Part shown: positions 36,122 through 49,117 of the stretch, piece after piece | Layout: every line of letters starts with the position of its first letter | Numbering within the stretch: the stretch's first letter is position 1 | NCBI RefSeq assembly: GCF_000143415.4 | Contig: NW_003314353.1 | Location: 658,371-722,370, forward strand | Reading direction: 5' to 3' | From: Selaginella moellendorffii | Lineage: Eukaryota > Plantae > Lycopodiophyta | Length of the DNA: 64,000 nt | Program-made: the position numbers and the translations under genes | The notes under the pieces: generated by a model | What the model saw: the letters and a program-made list of their open reading frames with translations, nothing else | Database searches by the model: none | What the model was told of the DNA's origin: nothing

Positions 36122-38020
36122 ATGAACAGGGCATTGGGGATGGAAACGCTAGCTCCGGGCGCTCGATTGACGCACTGGCGGAACTCCGCAGTTTCTCCAG
36201 TCACAAATGCAACATTTCCATCCCGGAAAGCCGCATTTGGCATCGGATTGCGCGCTGGATTGAGCTGCTCGCCGCCGCGCCAGGTCGGATTCATCTCGAG
36301 GGATTCCTCGTCCTCCAGGAAAATCTCGTGCTCGTCGGCTCCAGAGCCGTCGACGCCGGCAACAGTGATCGAGGCGGACGATCCGAAATCTCTGAAAAAG
36401 CCGCTGGAGGGTGCCAAGCCTTTGCCACTGGCGATCTCGGTCAGTGTGGGGCTGATTTTGAGATTCCTGGTTCCAAAGCCCGCGGCAGTGTCGGCTCAAG
36501 CCTGGCAGCTCCTATCGATCTTCTTATCGACGATCACGGGTCTCGTTCTCAGTCCACTGCCGGTTGGAGCTTGGGCCTTCATAGGATTGACAACAACAGT
36601 GCTCACACGGACACTATCTTTCGCGTCGGCTTTCAGCGCCTTCACAAACGATGTCATCTGGCTCATCGTCATCTCCTTTTTCTTCGCGAGAGGATTCGTG
36701 AAAACCGGCCTGGGTGATAGAATTGCCACGTACTTCGTGAAGTGGCTGGGGAAAAGCACACTGGGACTTTCTTATGGGCTTACTGTGAGCGAAGCGCTCA
36801 TAGCACCAGCGATGCCGAGCACGACCGCACGAGCGGGGGGAGTGTTCTTGCCGATCATCAACTCACTCTCTCTTTCGGCTGGGAGCCGTCCAAACGATAA
36901 ATCGTCGTCAAAGCTTGGAGCGTACCTCGTCCAGACTCAATTCCAGGTTTGGTTTCTAACTTTTACGTGATATGTTGGTTTTAAAAGTGTTGGTGGCGCG
37001 AAATGCAGGCTGCTGGAAACTCGAGCGCTCTCTTTTTGACTGCTGCGGCACAGAATCTATTGTGCCTGAAGCTGGCAGAGGAGCTGGGCGTTATCGTGGC
37101 GAATCCATGGGTGACATGGCTTAAAGTGGCGATCGTCCCGGCCGCTCTATCGCTACTCTCGACCCCGTTGCTCCTCTACAAGTTGTATCCTCCCGAGATC
37201 AAAGACACTCCTGAAGCTCCTGCAATGGCTGAAAAGAAGCTGCAGCAAATGGGGCCTGTGACTAAGAGCGAGTGGGTGATGGTTTCGACGATGCTCCTCG
37301 CTGTTACTCTGTGGGTTTTGGGGTAAGTTATGGTTTTATCCAGTAATTTGCGATGTCTCACTGGTGATTTTTTTTTTCGCAGAGATAAACTTGGAGTTCC
37401 AAGTGTTGTGGCAGCTATGCTCGGCTTGTCAATATTACTGGTTCTTGGCGTCCTCAATTGGGATGACTGCCTAAGCGAGAAATCAGCCTGGGATACTCTT
37501 GCGTGGTTTGCAGTACTTGTTGGTATGGCCAGCCAGCTTACCAGCTTGGGACTCGTAAAGTGGATGTCCGACTCCGTCGCTAAAGTCCTGGCCTCGTTTT
37601 CTCTCAGCTGGCCTGCTGCATTCGGCGTTCTCCAGGGTTCATACTTTTTGATTCACTACCTCTTTGCGAGCCAAACCGGTCACGTCGGTGCACTCTACTC
37701 GGCCTTCCTAGCCATGCACCTCGCAGCTGGTGTTCCTGGCGTGCTGTCAGCGCTGGCTTTGGCCTACAACACAAATCTCTTTGGTGCGCTCACGCACTAC
37801 AGCAGTGGTCAGGCAGCTGTTTATTACGGAGGTAACTTTGTCATTCCAAAACAAGTGTTTCGTTCTAAACTTAACTATTTCCTGTCTTCGTTCTTGACTT
37901 TCAGCTGGATACGTTGAATTGCGGGACATTTTTAAATACGGGGCCATTGTAGCCCTGTGGAACGGCATTGTTTGGACCGTAAGTGGAGCAATATGGTGGA
38001 AGATCTTGGGTCTCTACTGA
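36122..38020 (+). CDS. DiT2: Plastid dicarboxylate (glutamate/malate) translocator DiT2, 4 exons
   Basis: Transit peptide then GAKPLPLAISVSVGLILRF...LSPLPVGAWAFIGL...GLGDRIATYFVKWLGKSTLGL, THYSSGQAAVYYG, ends WWKILGLY*. These are DiT2-type rather than DiT1-type motifs. Confidence 0.93.
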
Positions 38021-38487
38021 GGCAAGTTGAGCTTCTTCTACTTTTTGAAGTTCTCTGTCTGGTCACTCATGACATTCTTTGGAATAAGTACGAAATGGCG
38101 TGAATGCGCAACTCGAAGTTTCTGTTTTCTATCATTTTGCTCGTTCTTTGCATCGGCTGGGAATGATGACAGGTCTCGAGACAGGTAGCAGGATGGAATA
38201 AAACGCAATCTCGTAACCCCAGCACAGGTCTACCTTAAAGTGTCTCGTTCTTCTTTTTATTTCTTTTCTACATGACTTCCCATGTTGTATTGCTGCAGTG
38301 CCATATAGTGGAGCATGATACCACATTGTGGGTGACGTGAGTGAGGTAAATTAAACTACTGTCCAAAGCTTTCGTATTAAAGTACTGGCAGCAGCGGTAA
38401 GAGGTTATTCGTTTCCGAGCTTATCATTGGTTTTTTCAAGTTACAGGCTCAACCAAGGACTGCTCAACTTCAAGGGCGATTTGTTTT

Positions 38488-39837
38488 TCAACTGAGACCC
38501 CTCTTCCCGGCTTCTTGGAGCATGGGAGCGTAAGTCGTAAACCAGGTATGCATGATGGCCGGCTTGGTGACCGTGTTGCTCGCATCCACGACTAAGTTGT
38601 GTCCACTCACATACCCAGACTCGTCGCCGGCGAGGAAGAGCGCGGCGTTGGCGATGTCCAAGGCGCAGAGCGGGCGGTTTGGAAGCAGCGAGTTCTTCTT
38701 CACAATCTCCACGACCTTCTCCGCCGTCACAGGTAAGTCTCCCATGGTTTCCAGCGCGGTGCTCAAGAACTTTGTTGGTATGGCGTCGGGGGATATCACG
38801 TTTACGCGGATGCCAAACTCTCGCAGCTCCACGGCACTGGACCGGACGAGGCCAATAACTCCAGCCTTGCACATCGCGTAGGCGTGAGGCGAGAGGCCCC
38901 CGACTATCCCGGCCACGCTGCCCGTGAGGATGATCGAGCCGGCGGCGCGAGGCTTCATGACGCGAGCGGCGTGCTTGAGCGCCAGGAAGTGGCCCCGGAG
39001 GTTGACCTGCATGGTGCGCTCCAGCTCGGCCACGTCCGTCTGATCCAACGGCCCCAGCGCGCCCAGGATGCCGGCGTTGCTGAAGACAACGTCTACGTGT
39101 CCGGCAATGGAGTGAGCCACGTCCAAGGCGGCGGCCACGTCCGGCTCCGCGGTGACGTCGCAGTGGACGTAGCGAGCAGCGGCCGGGGAGGAGAAGTCCC
39201 GCTGGAGCTCCCGCGCGAGGTGGCTGCCGAGCTCGTCCTGGACGTCGGCTATGACGACTTGAGCGCCGTGCGCGACGAAGTGGCGGACGGTGGCGTCGCC
39301 GATACCGTTTGCTCCACCGGTGATGATTGCCACTTTGCCGAGTAATCTAGATAACGCAGAGAAGAAAACGAAGAGGTATCAGCCAGGGAGACACGGGGTA
39401 ACTAAAGGCAAACAAAAACTCGGAACAAAGCAACAGGTGTCGAGAGCGGAAGAATTTGCCAGGACAGGTTCGTTGCTGAGACAAAAGACTCTGCTGGAGG
39501 TGGTGTGCTGCGCATTCTTTAACCGAGAATGGGAGGAAGGTATGGTTTTTTTTTTTTTTTGGCAATCAGCTGATGATGATCCTATCTTTCAAGGCACGTT
39601 TTTCTTCAGCAGTTTGTGGTTTTTGAGTTTTTTTCTGTGCTTGTATGGATAGATTACTGACCTCTGCTTTTGTGTTGATGTTGCCAGGGAGCGGATGATT
39701 TGGAAGATCCTGTCCTTGCTCGCCACGCATCGTCTGCCAGCTCCATTCCTACGACCAAGGCTTCTCCTCAGTCAGGAAACACAGAGCTCAAAGTGCAAGT
39801 GCAAGGCCGTGTGTACTCACCAGCTGCTGCGAATCAT
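38488..39837 (-). CDS. Short-chain dehydrogenase/reductase, SDR110C (ABA2/tasselseed2-like), exons 39837-39821, 39748-39662, 39346-38488
   Basis: RLLGKVAIITGGANGIG, FSNAG, YAMCK catalytic motif, GIRVNVISP, VSGHNLVVD. Two upstream exons join in frame, giving an Arg/Ser-rich N-terminus. Confidence 0.9.
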
Positions 39838-41185
39838 CGCTGAACACAAGGAAGTGCTCCTAGAGGAAAGAAGGAAAGGGAAGGTTTGCTGGGAGTCAGG
39901 AGCAGAGCGAGGGATTTTAAATGGAGGGCGACGAAGGAGGATTTTGGTGGAGAGAGGAGCTCGGAAACGACCAAATCGGGCCTTTTCTGGACAGCACAGG
40001 CAGCCGAGCAAGAGATAAATATGGGCGGAGAAAGACGACGACGAAGACTACCGCAAGCAGCAAGATCGAGCACGAACAAGCAAGTTGATGTCCGCTGGCA
40101 GGGTCTTGGATTGATCGACGAGATTGTTCTCGGAAACTGGCACTAGGTACTCACTGAGAGCGAAAAGAAGCGCAAGGTACTCCACAACAGCTCAAGCTTA
40201 TGCTAGGTACGGTCCGAAAGCTTGTTTTTCTTCTGTCTTTATTCCTTGCGTTGCCGCTCGTGCCTCCTATCTTACAGAAGTTCCGCGTGACAGGCAGAAT
40301 TCGCACAGTACTGTTGTGCTGCTGGTCCCGCTTCCATTCGTCGCTAAGCTGCCATTTGATCAAACCCGACTACCTCAGAGGAAAAGCCAGGGGATGGGGT
40401 CCCGGAGTGGCCTTCTTCCGCTGCTTCGCGATTTGATCCAGAGAAGGAGAGGAAGAGGACATGGATAGATGCGACTTGGAAGCTGAGGAAAGATGACGAT
40501 GACGATGGCGAAAGAGTGGATTCCCTTGCGCCAAGGCGAGAGGCTACGGAAAAGGAGGAATCGCGAGTGGAGCTCTAGGTAGATAAAAAAAAATTCAATT
40601 GCGCGACATGTCTCGATCGCTCGGCCATGACGGAAGCCGTGCCAAAATACCTGGAATGTAGCCAGTTTTTGGAAATCCCCGGGCTCTCAAAGTCAGCCAC
40701 GGGAGGAAAGTCAGTGTGCGTTTGGACCGAATTTCCCCCCATTGCCTAAATTTGCTCCATTTTCTATTTCCCGTTACGAGGAAAAAACAGTTTAAAAAAT
40801 AAATAAATATGCACTTTAGGAATATACCTACGGCTGCAAGGCATATTCCTTTGAGAATATACTAGGGCATATTTCCGAAGGAATATGCGTGGGATCAATT
40901 TCGAAAATCTCAAAACAGGAAGAACAATTGTCGTCTCCAAAGCACAGGAAATCTCTCACACCTATACAATTAAAAACAAAAGAGCATAACTTAAAAGCAG
41001 TTCCTGTGGAGATGGAAGAAAACAAAGAAGGCCAAAGAGAGAGAGAAAAAAAAGGAGGGGAGCGGCAACGAACCTCACCCTCTCTCAATCGATCGATCGA
41101 TCGATCAATCTCGACGCGCGGGCGAGGGGAGAAGAAGCAAAACTTTCGCCACCAAAGAGAGAGAAATGCATCGTCTCCTCGTCTC

Positions 41186-44100
41186 TCAGCGAGCGTCCTC
41201 GGAAGTAAAAGTCTCGGCGAAGCCCGACGGCCGCGGCGGGAGGCTCGACTGCGTGTCGCTCCACACCGCCGCCGCTCCGCCGCCACCGCCGCCGCTGTCC
41301 AGCTCCTGCCACCGCTTCACCGCCTGGGGCAGCGGCACGTCCAGGTCGATCCCGCCGCTCTCGTCCTCGTAGTCCACCGGCTTCCAGTGCTCCACCAGCG
41401 GCGAGAGGACGTTCACGGCGTGGCCCATGTCCGGCCGCTGGTATGGCTCCCTCGCGGTGCAGTGGCCGGCGAGCTCCGCCACCACGCTGATGCTCGCGAA
41501 GTTGTCGTCGGACTCGATGGCCGGGTCGATGAGCTTACGGACTCCCTCTTTGTTGGCGGTGGATCGCCGGAACCACGTTACCAGATGCATGTTTTCTTCC
41601 GCCTGCGTCTCGTCCAGCGCCCGCCGCCCCGTTATCAGCTCCATGAGCACCACCCCGAAGCTAAAGACGTCGGCCTTGGTGGTCACGCGCCCGGTAACTG
41701 CGAGAGGACGTTAATAACGAACAAAACATGCAGCGTTTTCTCGCAAAATCCTCTGCCGGATCGAGCACGAAAACGAGAATTCCACACGCACGCAGTAGCA
41801 GCAGCAGCAGCCCAGGCAGGCAGGCACGGCAGCGAACAGACAGCATAAAAGTAAAGAAGCACACAGCCCAAGCAAGCAGGCGAAAACAGCTGGAAACAGA
41901 AGCATTAGACAAAACCGCACGACCAGCCAATGTGCCAAAAGTAAAGAAAGGAATGAAAAGAAGAGGAATACCAACCTGCATACTCGGGAGCCAAGTATCC
42001 AAACGTTCCGGCCAGCCGCGTCTCCACCGAGTACTTCCCCTCGGGTGCCAGCTTCACGAGGCCAAAATCCGAGACCTTAGCCCGGAGGTCGTCCCCGAGA
42101 AGGATGTTGGACGGCTTCAAGTCCCTGTGGATGAAGCTCCTGTGCGCCAGGCCATGGAGGTACTCCATGCCGCGAGCCACGTCCAGCGCCACGGACAGCC
42201 TTTGCTTCCAGTCCAGCGGCGGATAGCCGCACTTGGCAGCCTCGAACAGGTGCTGGCTCAGCGTCCCCTGCGGCATGAACTCGTACACCAGCATCTTCTC
42301 GTTGCCTTCGATGCAGTAGCCGAGCAGCGCCACCAAGTGGCGGTGGCGGACCTTGGTCAGAACCGCGATCTCGGCCTGGAACTCGCCCAGGCCTTTGTTG
42401 CTGACGACGCAGTTGGATTCCATCCGCTTCACCGCTATGGCCGTGCCGTCATCCAGGACTCCCTTGTACACGACTCCGAATCCCCCACGGCCTAGGATAG
42501 TCGCCTCGCTGAAGTTTTTGGTGGCCTCTCGCAGGACGTGGATGGAGATGACGAGATTCCCGGCCTCCACAACTTGAACGTGATCGCTGGGCCCGCTGTT
42601 GGCCCGGCTCTGGGTGTCGCTGTTGTCACTGGTGATCATGTTGTTGTTCACCACGATTTTTACCACCTCTGGATCGTCTGAGGAGTTGTCTGTCCGAGGA
42701 TGGACAACCACCGTGTTGGATCCCTGTAGCCTCAAGAACTTACGTCCCTTCTTCTTGTAAACCAGCAAGCAGATCCCAAACAAAACGAGCAGCAGTGCCA
42801 CTAGCCCGACCACAACTCCCACGATGGGACCTGCATTCACTCTTTTCGATCGAGTGGTAGCAGTAGCCTGTCCATCCGGCGTCGCAGCTGGTCCCCCAGA
42901 AGTCCCCCCCGGCGGAGAAGTCCCTGGAGACGCGGCGGGTGTGAGAGGATTGCCAGCGATGTTGAGCTTCACCGAGGACGGAAAAGCTGGCACTGGCGCC
43001 GAGAAGAGGTTGTTGCTCAAGTCCACGGACTGCAGCGAAGGTAGCTTCGCCAGGGACTCTGGAATGAGACCTTCCAGCTTGTTGTCGCTGAGCCTGAGAG
43101 TCGTGAGCGTCGTCAAGTTCCCGAGAGCAGCTGAGAGCGTGCCGTTGAGTTGGCTGCTTGCCAGATTGATAACCGTGACATTCGAAGTCGTCCCGGGGGT
43201 CGAGCCGCAGGAGATTCCCAGCCAAGCACTGCCGCTGCTGCCGTTGCTACCAGAAGTTCCACAAGGATCATTCCCGATCCACGACGATGTGAGCGAGTCG
43301 GGGTAGCCAACGCCAGCGAGAAAGTGCAAGAGCGCTGTCACGTCTCGTGCGCAAGCCTCTCCAGGACTGCTCTTGCAAAAGTTGTTCCGCGCGTACTCGA
43401 AGCCGACGGTGTCCTTGAAAACCGGAATCTCCCCCACGAGCAAGTTGTTCTTGACCGTGAAGTTCTTGAGCGCCGGGAGATTCGCGAGCGAGGGAGGAAT
43501 GGTTCCCGTCAGCTGGTTGTCGTTGAGCTTGAGCTCTTGGAGTGACAGCGCCTCCCCGAGACCCTCCGGAATGGAACCGCTGAATCGGTTCACGTGAAGC
43601 CACAGAACTCGCAGAGATTGCATCGTTCCCACGACCGTGATCGGCCCACTGAGCACCGGATTCTGCTGGTTGTTTGCCCGAAACTCCGCCAAATTCGAGG
43701 ACCCAAAGCTCGAAGGAATGCCCCCAGAGATCCTGTTGTAGGCGACGTTGAGCACCTTCAAGCTCTCCATCTGTCCCAAAAAATCTGGAATGCTTCCTCC
43801 CAAGCTCGTGTTGGTGATCGAGAGCGTGGAGAGCAGCGAAGAGTTCTGGATCTCTGCCGGAAGCATCCATCCCCCGGATGACTTGTTGAGAGGATTGTCG
43901 TCGAGGTAGATCTCCGTGAGCGCGCTGAGCCCAGTGAAGAAATCGCCAGGGATGGTGTCGAAAGAGTTCCCGGAAAGGAGCGCCGTTTGGAGCTGCGAGA
44001 GCCCACTAAGCGATGGTAGCGATCCTGTGAACCCATTCCCCTGGAGCTGGAGGTTCTCGAGATTCTTGAGCTTGTTGAGGTCGGGTGCCACGGTTCCACC

Positions 44101-44343
44101 CAGCGCCAGCCCTGCTACCTGGAGCGCCGATATGCTCGAGCCCTGGCATTTGATGTGCTTCCAGTTGCTCCCACAGGGATCGCTCCCAGTCCACGAATCC
44201 AGTAGCGCCGGATTCTTGACGCCCTTGAGGAAGTTCTGGAGGACCTGGAGCTCTGCCGAATCGGTCTGCGCCAGCGCCATGGCGAGAATCGATGCCACCA
44301 GGAGTAGCAGCAATGCCGCTGGATGCTTCTTCTTGAGCTTCAT
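41186..44343 (-). CDS. TMK: TMK-family LRR receptor-like kinase (exons 44343-41976, 41697-41186)
   Basis: Signal peptide, LRRs interrupted by a non-LRR island ([12 protein letters not shown]...WIGNDPC), TM helix, [58 protein letters not shown]-terminal [12 protein letters not shown]. Confidence 0.96.
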
Positions 44344-44462
44344 TCTGGGCGAAAGAAATACGATCGACTCAAGAACACGAAAAGAGGGCGCTTGGATGTA
44401 TCAATGCTGCCATACCTGGCTGGGAAGAGACCTCAAAGATCGATCGCGCGAGCGCGCAGCCC

Positions 44463-44665
44463 CGAAATATCACGAATCCAAGCCACGACACGCGTCAATC
44501 GAAGAACACCGAGCCGAAATATTCGTACCCCGGCTGGGAAAGATCGATCGCGGGTGCGCGCAGCCTCGATGTCGTGACGAAGAAGCGAAATACCACGAAT
44601 CCAAGCCGCGACACTGCGGTATCGAGCGTCAATCGAAGAACATCGAGCGAAAAATCCGTACCTCG
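44463..44665. repeat. Degenerate tandem duplication upstream of TMK
   Basis: CGAAATA(T/C)CACGAATCCAAGCC(A/G)CGACAC...CGTCAATCGAAGAACA at ~44463 and ~44586. Confidence 0.75.
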
Positions 44666-45366
44666 CGAGCGTTCCACGCCTTAGATCGCCGCCAACACGC
44701 CAAGCTCCAGCGCCGCGCTTATGATCGCTCTGGCGCCGAGCCGCCGCTGGCAATGCGGCCGGCTCGATCGATGGAAAAGAAAAAAAGATTAGGGAAAAAA
44801 GAAAGAGAGAAAAGAAAGCACAAAGAGCGTGCGGTGTTCTACACTAGTACACAACTGGCACGAACGCGGGATGGGATGCGAGAAGCGAAGAACACCAAAA
44901 AGAAAGATTGGCGATCGATGAGCTAGACTCCACTAGCGGCCAACACGAAAAAGACAAATCGCATGTTACTAGCAGTGACAAGGTCGGCGCTGCGCAGTGC
45001 TCGCTCGATTTCTTCGCCAATCCCTCCGAAAACCTCTGTTCTATTTTATCACCGATCGATCGATCGATCGCCTATGGCGCCGCGGCCATGGGGCAAAATA
45101 ATCGATCGATCGAGCGAGCTATTTAATCGCTCGCGCAGAGAGGGAGAGAAGAATGCGAGCGCCGCAAGAGGACAGATCGATTGATCGTGCGCGCCAGCAA
45201 GCTACTGCTCGGTCAAAACCCTAGTCAAAGAAAGATGCTCGGGAATATGCCCCTCCACGGCCGTTTGAGGAGGTTTAAACTCGAGGATTGCCGGCTTTTA
45301 TGGTACACACGACTTAAGCACGGCAGTCCATTTAATTCTCCACGGCAAGCCACAGCCGTGTTTCGT

Positions 45367-45692
45367 GAAGTTTGAGAGAAACTTTGATCGATTTTCGAGC
45401 TGGATCCTGGAACAAAGAGTGAAGACGTGAGAGATTTCAAGGTTTTCCGTCCCAAACCATTAAGAAAAACATACCAAAACTAGAATTTGATAGTGTTCCA
45501 GCTCTCGAATCGTTTAGAATTTGATCGTGTTAATCATTTCTTCATACTTCACATGAAGTTTGAGAAAAACTTTGATCGATTTCGAGCTGGATGGATCCTG
45601 AAGCGAAGTAGAGACGAAGATTTGAAGATCTTTTCTGCTAAACCAGTAAGAAAAAAATACCAGAACTAGAATGTGATCGTGTTCCAGCTCTC
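45367..45692. repeat. Degenerate ~140-bp tandem duplication in intergenic DNA
   Basis: GAAGTTTGAG...AAACTTTGATCGATT...GTGTTCCAGCTCTC at ~45367-45506 and ~45555-45692. Confidence 0.8.
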
Positions 45693-46024
45693 CCATCGTT
45701 TCTTTGGCGCCATACTTCACGGCAGTGATCGCGAAAGCACCTAAACATCGCTGATAGAAATTAATTTCATCGAGAAAAAGACACCAGGAACTTAAAACTT
45801 ACGAGGATCGGTGTTGCAAGGACGAGCGCAGCTGCAAGAACAAACATGTCAGCAGCGACACAAAACCAAAAGAGAAAAGAAACAAAACAAAACGTGGAAA
45901 AACGTGATTGTCGAAAGAGAAACAACTCGTACAGGATGAAAAAGCTGCGATACCAAGAGAAATTGTCACCGCTGGAGGAGGAAAAAAATCGACAGGAACT
46001 TACAGAGTGATCGATCGATCGTTG

Positions 46025-46660
46025 TCACAGGAAGAAAATGACGAAGGCAATAAGAAAACCAGCGAGAACAGTGTACTTGAGGCCAGAGACTATAATCGCC
46101 GCGGTGACTAGGAGGAGTTGCCAGCTTATTTGTAGGACGGCCAGTCCCAGGAGGCCAGTGAGAACGAGCGCGAGCGCATTATCCACGCTTGGTTCCAAAA
46201 GTTCTCCCCATTTTATCTCCAAATCCTCGAGCCCAGGCGCATCGGCTTCTCTATCGATCGACCCAGTCAAGGAACCCCAAAATCCTTGGTAGCCTTCTTC
46301 CTCTTTCTTTACTTCTTCTTCTACCTGTTCTTCACCGGGAGGCTCGTCCTGCTTGTTGGATTTCCAGAAGCTCGCGAAGAATCCAGAGCGATTTTTCCTT
46401 GTCTCGCCTGTTCTAGCCGGAGATTTCGCTTCTTCTTCTTGTTCTTCCGATTCTTCTCCTTCTTCTTCGTCTTTATCGGAATCACCGTCTTCTCCCGCTC
46501 TAGCGACTAGACGACTACTGCGAAATCGAGAAATTCCAGACCTGAGATTCACGCGCCGCGATTGCGCGCCCAACCGGAGGGCCAGAGGAGCACTCGATGC
46601 GTCCTGCCGTGCGCGAAGAAAGCCGCTTGGAAGAGGAGCTCGCGCAAGCCCTACATTCAT
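46025..46660 (-). CDS. Plastid-targeted membrane protein of unknown function (211 aa, intronless)
   Basis: Transit-peptide-like N-terminus ending RLVARA, acidic linker, conserved-looking WGELLEPSVDNALALVLTG...WQL...LKY with two C-terminal TM helices. Confidence 0.75.
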   Translation of the reverse strand: MNVGLARAPLPSGFLRARQDASSAPLALRLGAQSRRVNLRSGISRFRSSRLVARAGEDGDSDKDEEEGEESEEQEEEAKSPARTGETRKNRSGFFASFWKSNKQDEPPGEEQVEEEVKKEEEGYQGFWGSLTGSIDREADAPGLEDLEIKWGELLEPSVDNALALVLTGLLGLAVLQISWQLLLVTAAIIVSGLKYTVLAGFLIAFVIFFL

Positions 46661-46726
46661 CCTATTCCAGTAGATTTAGGGCTTATGGATAATTTGGAGG
46701 GAAAGAGTATGTGAAATCTAGGGCTT

Positions 46727-48859
46727 ATGGCCGTGGTGTCCGCGAGGCTACAATGCGCTCGCGAGGATCAATTCGCGAGGGACTCCTCGGATCATCTGGC
46801 GAGAAGGCAGCGCCCAGGCAAGGCGCGCACGGTTCCGAGGATCGATGCTGCGGAATCAAGCAGGGAAGCGTTGCGCATTGCGGTGGATCGGCTGGAGCGA
46901 TTGTCGAGCGAGGAGGAGGAGGAGGATCAGACCGGCACTTGCGTTTCACTTCTCAAGCTGTGCGGGGATTCCAGAGCGCTGGCCGAGGGCCGCCGCCTCC
47001 ACGCTCACATCGAATCAGGGTCTGGCGTCCCATCGCGGCACAGGACAATGCTCGCGAATCTCGTCGTCCGGATGTATGGCAAGTGCCGGAGCATCGACGA
47101 GGCAAGGAAGGCTTTCGAAGGAATCGACGAGCGGGATCGAGATCTCTTCTCGTGGAACATGATGATCGCGGCATTTGCCGAGAACGGGCACCTGGAGGGA
47201 GCTCAGGAAATCTTTGAGAGGATGCCAGTAAAGGATGTGGTGGCTAGAACAGCCATGGTGGCCGCGCATGCGAATTGTGGGAGTCTAGAGGACGCAAAGA
47301 ACGTTTTTGATAGCATGCCAGTTCGCGACGTTGTGGCATGGAGTGCTATGATCACGGCATTTAGCCAAAGAGGGCATTGTCGCGAGGCACTTCACACTTA
47401 CCGGACCATGGATCTCGAAGGGATGAAGCCCAACGACATAACCTTCATCAGCGCTCTAGATGCTTGCGCAGGTATGAAACTTTGCTACCTCATTGTTGGT
47501 CTTTCTTTCCTTCTTTTAGTTTTCATTCTTTGCTTGTTTCTGGCGCTTCTTTGTGCTTGTTGTGAAAGCTGATCTGGTATTGTCCTGATAATGATTTTAA
47601 GAGTTTGTGGCTGCTGCGCATCATTGTTGGTCTGTTTTTCCTTCTTTTAGTTTTTATTCTTTCTTCTTGCTTGTTTCTGGCCGCTTCTTTGTATTCGTGT
47701 TGCTTGTTGTGAAAGCTGGTCTTGGAAACTTGTCCTAATACTGATTTTTAGATTTTGTGGCCTTCCAGGATTGACATCTATAGCCGAAGGAAGAGTCATT
47801 CACGCAAACATTCTCCAGACCGGCTTTGAAACCAGGCTCAAAGTTTCGACTGCTCTCGTCAACATGTACGGGAAATGTGGGAGTGTAGAGTCCGCAAAAC
47901 AGGTTTTTGACGGCATGAGTTCTAGAAACTCGTATACTTGGACAGCAATCGTGTCGGCCAACGCTCAAAACGGGTACTACGAAGGAGCGGTGGTAATGTT
48001 CCAGACGATGGAGCTCGAGGGTGTTAAGCCGGATGGGATCAGTTTTATCAGCTTGCTCTACGCTTGCAGTCACGGCGGTTTTCTCGGCACTGGAAAGCAG
48101 TATTTTTCTTCGATGAAAGCCGACTATGGAGTCCCGCCCTCTCACAGCCACCACGAGTGCGTGATGGATTTGCTGGGACGAGCAGGGAGGCTGGAAGAAG
48201 CAGAGCTTTTGATCGAGAAAATACCATCTACGGGGCATGTTTTAGCTTACCGGACTTTACTCGCGGCGTGTAAAATTCACAGAGACGTTGAGAGAGGAGC
48301 AAGAGCTGCCGAGAAACTCTTCGTGATCGACTCCAAGAATCCATCTCCATACTTGCTGCTGATGAATATATACGCCGCTGCTGGACTGTGGGACTTGGCA
48401 AGCAAAGTGAGAAAAGCTCTCAAAGAAAAGGGACTGAAGAAGGAAGCAGGCTGTAGCTGGATTGTGGTGAAGAGCAAGGTGCACGAGTTTACAGCTAGTG
48501 GTGGAAGCGATCATCCCCGGAAAGAAGAGATCTACGCCGAAGTTCACAGGCTCGAGAGTGAAATGCGTAAAAGATATGGATACAAGCCGGATACCAGCGC
48601 GGTGATCTTTGACGTTGATGAGGAGGAAAAGGAACAGAGGGTGCGGTTCCACAGCGAGAAGCTAGCCATTGCGTTTGGGATAATCAGCACTCCAAACGGA
48701 AGCCCGCTGACGATCATGAAGAACTTGAGAGTGTGTGCCGATTGCCACACTGCAACGAAGATGATATCTCTGATCGCTGGAAGAAGCATCCGTGTCAGGG
48801 ACGGTAACCGGTTTCACCAAGTGAAGGACGGAGTGTGCTCTTGTCGAGATTACTGGTAA
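46727..48859 (+). CDS. PLS-E-DYW pentatricopeptide repeat protein (organellar C-to-U editing factor); intron 47472-47768
   Basis: PLS repeats, PG-box KKEAGCSWI, HSEKLA, LRVCADCH, terminal CSCRDYW. GCAG|GTATG...CCAG|GA keeps frame. Confidence 0.93.
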
Positions 48860-49117
48860 TTCGATCTACACTTCTCTCTACAACTTCCACCGCCAAGCCT
48901 CGAAAACGGAAGGCTGCACTTTGAGGTAATGATGATGGTTTTACTTCTTCTCTAATATCCATGTTTATCAGGTTCGAACAGTGATTTGATTTAAACGTCG
49001 AGAACTACATTATGTACAAGTTTCCAAGCTCCAAGTCATTGTCGGGTAAGCTGACTTTGTTTTTCTCGGTGACCTGATGCTCCTAAGTTTTTATTTTTTC
49101 TCTCTCCCTCTAGGACC

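Noticed and set aside
39900-40600. Possible small gene between SDR and TMK
   Set aside because: GC-rich with some splice-like signals, but I could not build a consistent frame or recognise a product; may be promoter, UTR or ncRNA.
40889-41848. 319-aa plus-strand ORF (and 43916-44926, 336 aa)
   Set aside because: Antisense to TMK exons and UTRs; low-complexity Arg-rich translation typical of GC-rich shadow frames.
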